From an uncultured delta proteobacterium (GTDB lineage: Bacteria > Myxococcota_A > Polyangia > Polyangiales > B10-G4), in NCBI GenBank assembly GCA_963727445.1, contig CAVSGI010000010.1:1056001-1120000 (forward strand): DNA of 64,000 nucleotides, read 5' to 3'. Numbering within the stretch: the stretch's first letter is position 1; each line of letters begins with the position of its first letter. This document shows positions 63,370 to 64,000 of the stretch, one piece after another. The position numbers were made by a program, and so were the translations under genes. A model generated the notes under the pieces. It saw only the letters and a list, made by a program, of their open reading frames with translations. It had not been told where the DNA came from and made no database searches.

Positions 63370-63999
63370 CTACGGTGGGATGAGGTTCCCGTCCGGCAGG
63401 ACACGGTAGCGGCGCCCTCGACTCACGACTTCGATGGCGTCCGACGACTGTCGGACGACCGCGTCGAGATCCTCCACGATGAGGCTTCGCTCTGCGCCGC
63501 CGCGGCGCGAACGATAGACGTGTCCCTCCTGGTCGACGAGGACGGTGGCCCGACCGTGGACGAGCACCTGGATGAAGCAGACGCCGCGTGCGGTGAGTCC
63601 GTGTGTCGTCCACGTGGCGCCACCGTCGTCCGTGCTCGCGACCATGCCGTGCGTTCCTGCCGCGACGCCGCGGCCGCTCTCACGATCGAACGACAGGATG
63701 CGAACCGCCACACTGAAATTCCCGCGCGCTCGGCGCCAGCTCTCTCCTTCGTCATCGGTGTAGAAGATCTTCACCGGAGGCGGATAGATGCTCCCATTCG
63801 CCGTCGCGACCAGGTATCGGCCGAGGTGCGGCGCGTGACCCACGGCCGTCACCGCGAAGGGAGCTTCGATTGGCGGTGATGGTTGGCCGTCCAGGAGCGG
63901 GGCGGGTGGGAAGCAGCTCGGTGGCACGCGCGCCACGACGGTGTCGTCGTCGTCGCTCGAGCCGAAAGAAGCGCCGGGCCCTTGCTGCGCCAGAGCGCC
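63370..63999 (-). CDS. BNR/Asp-box repeat protein, C-terminal part (frame open to window edge)
   Basis: TDDEGESW and STDDGGATW Asp-box motifs. Confidence 0.6.
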   Translation of the reverse strand, partial: GALAQQGPGASFGSSDDDDTVVARVPPSCFPPAPLLDGQPSPPIEAPFAVTAVGHAPHLGRYLVATANGSIYPPPVKIFYTDDEGESWRRARGNFSVAVRILSFDRESGRGVAAGTHGMVASTDDGGATWTTHGLTARGVCFIQVLVHGRATVLVDQEGHVYRSRRGGAERSLIVEDLDAVVRQSSDAIEVVSRGRRYRVLPDGNLIPP

Positions 64000-64000
64000 C

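Overview
GC-rich bacterial DNA with about 50 genes. The Ser/Thr kinase, PEGA/TPR protein, many Cys-rich and Asp-Ala-linker lipoproteins, fibro-slime protein and DUF1588/DUF1552 pair point to Myxococcota, probably Polyangiales/Sandaracinaceae-like (inference). I found no rRNA, tRNA, CRISPR array or intact transposase. All product calls come from motif reading only, with no database search. Main points of interest: (1) a 122-aa Tat-exported peptide with three [TS]DxD[TS]..DP repeats, divergent from a JmjC/ROX-type Fe/2OG oxygenase (18430-20114), a candidate undescribed modified-peptide or metal-binding system; (2) a divergent EF-Tu3-like tuf paralogue behind an unannotated 31-aa leader ORF and hairpin, suggesting ribosome-stalling attenuation; (3) three broken genes whose lesions all sit on a would-be GATC, suggesting a methylation-linked sequencing artefact or mutational hotspot; (4) a yehL-M-P-Q-like MoxR/VWA/SWIM operon with two DUF4132 paralogues, one WGR-fused; (5) an Irr-like Fur regulator plus katG with three TTAGAC-N3-GTCTAA-type operators resembling the Irr ICE box; (6) repeated signs of leaderless transcripts.
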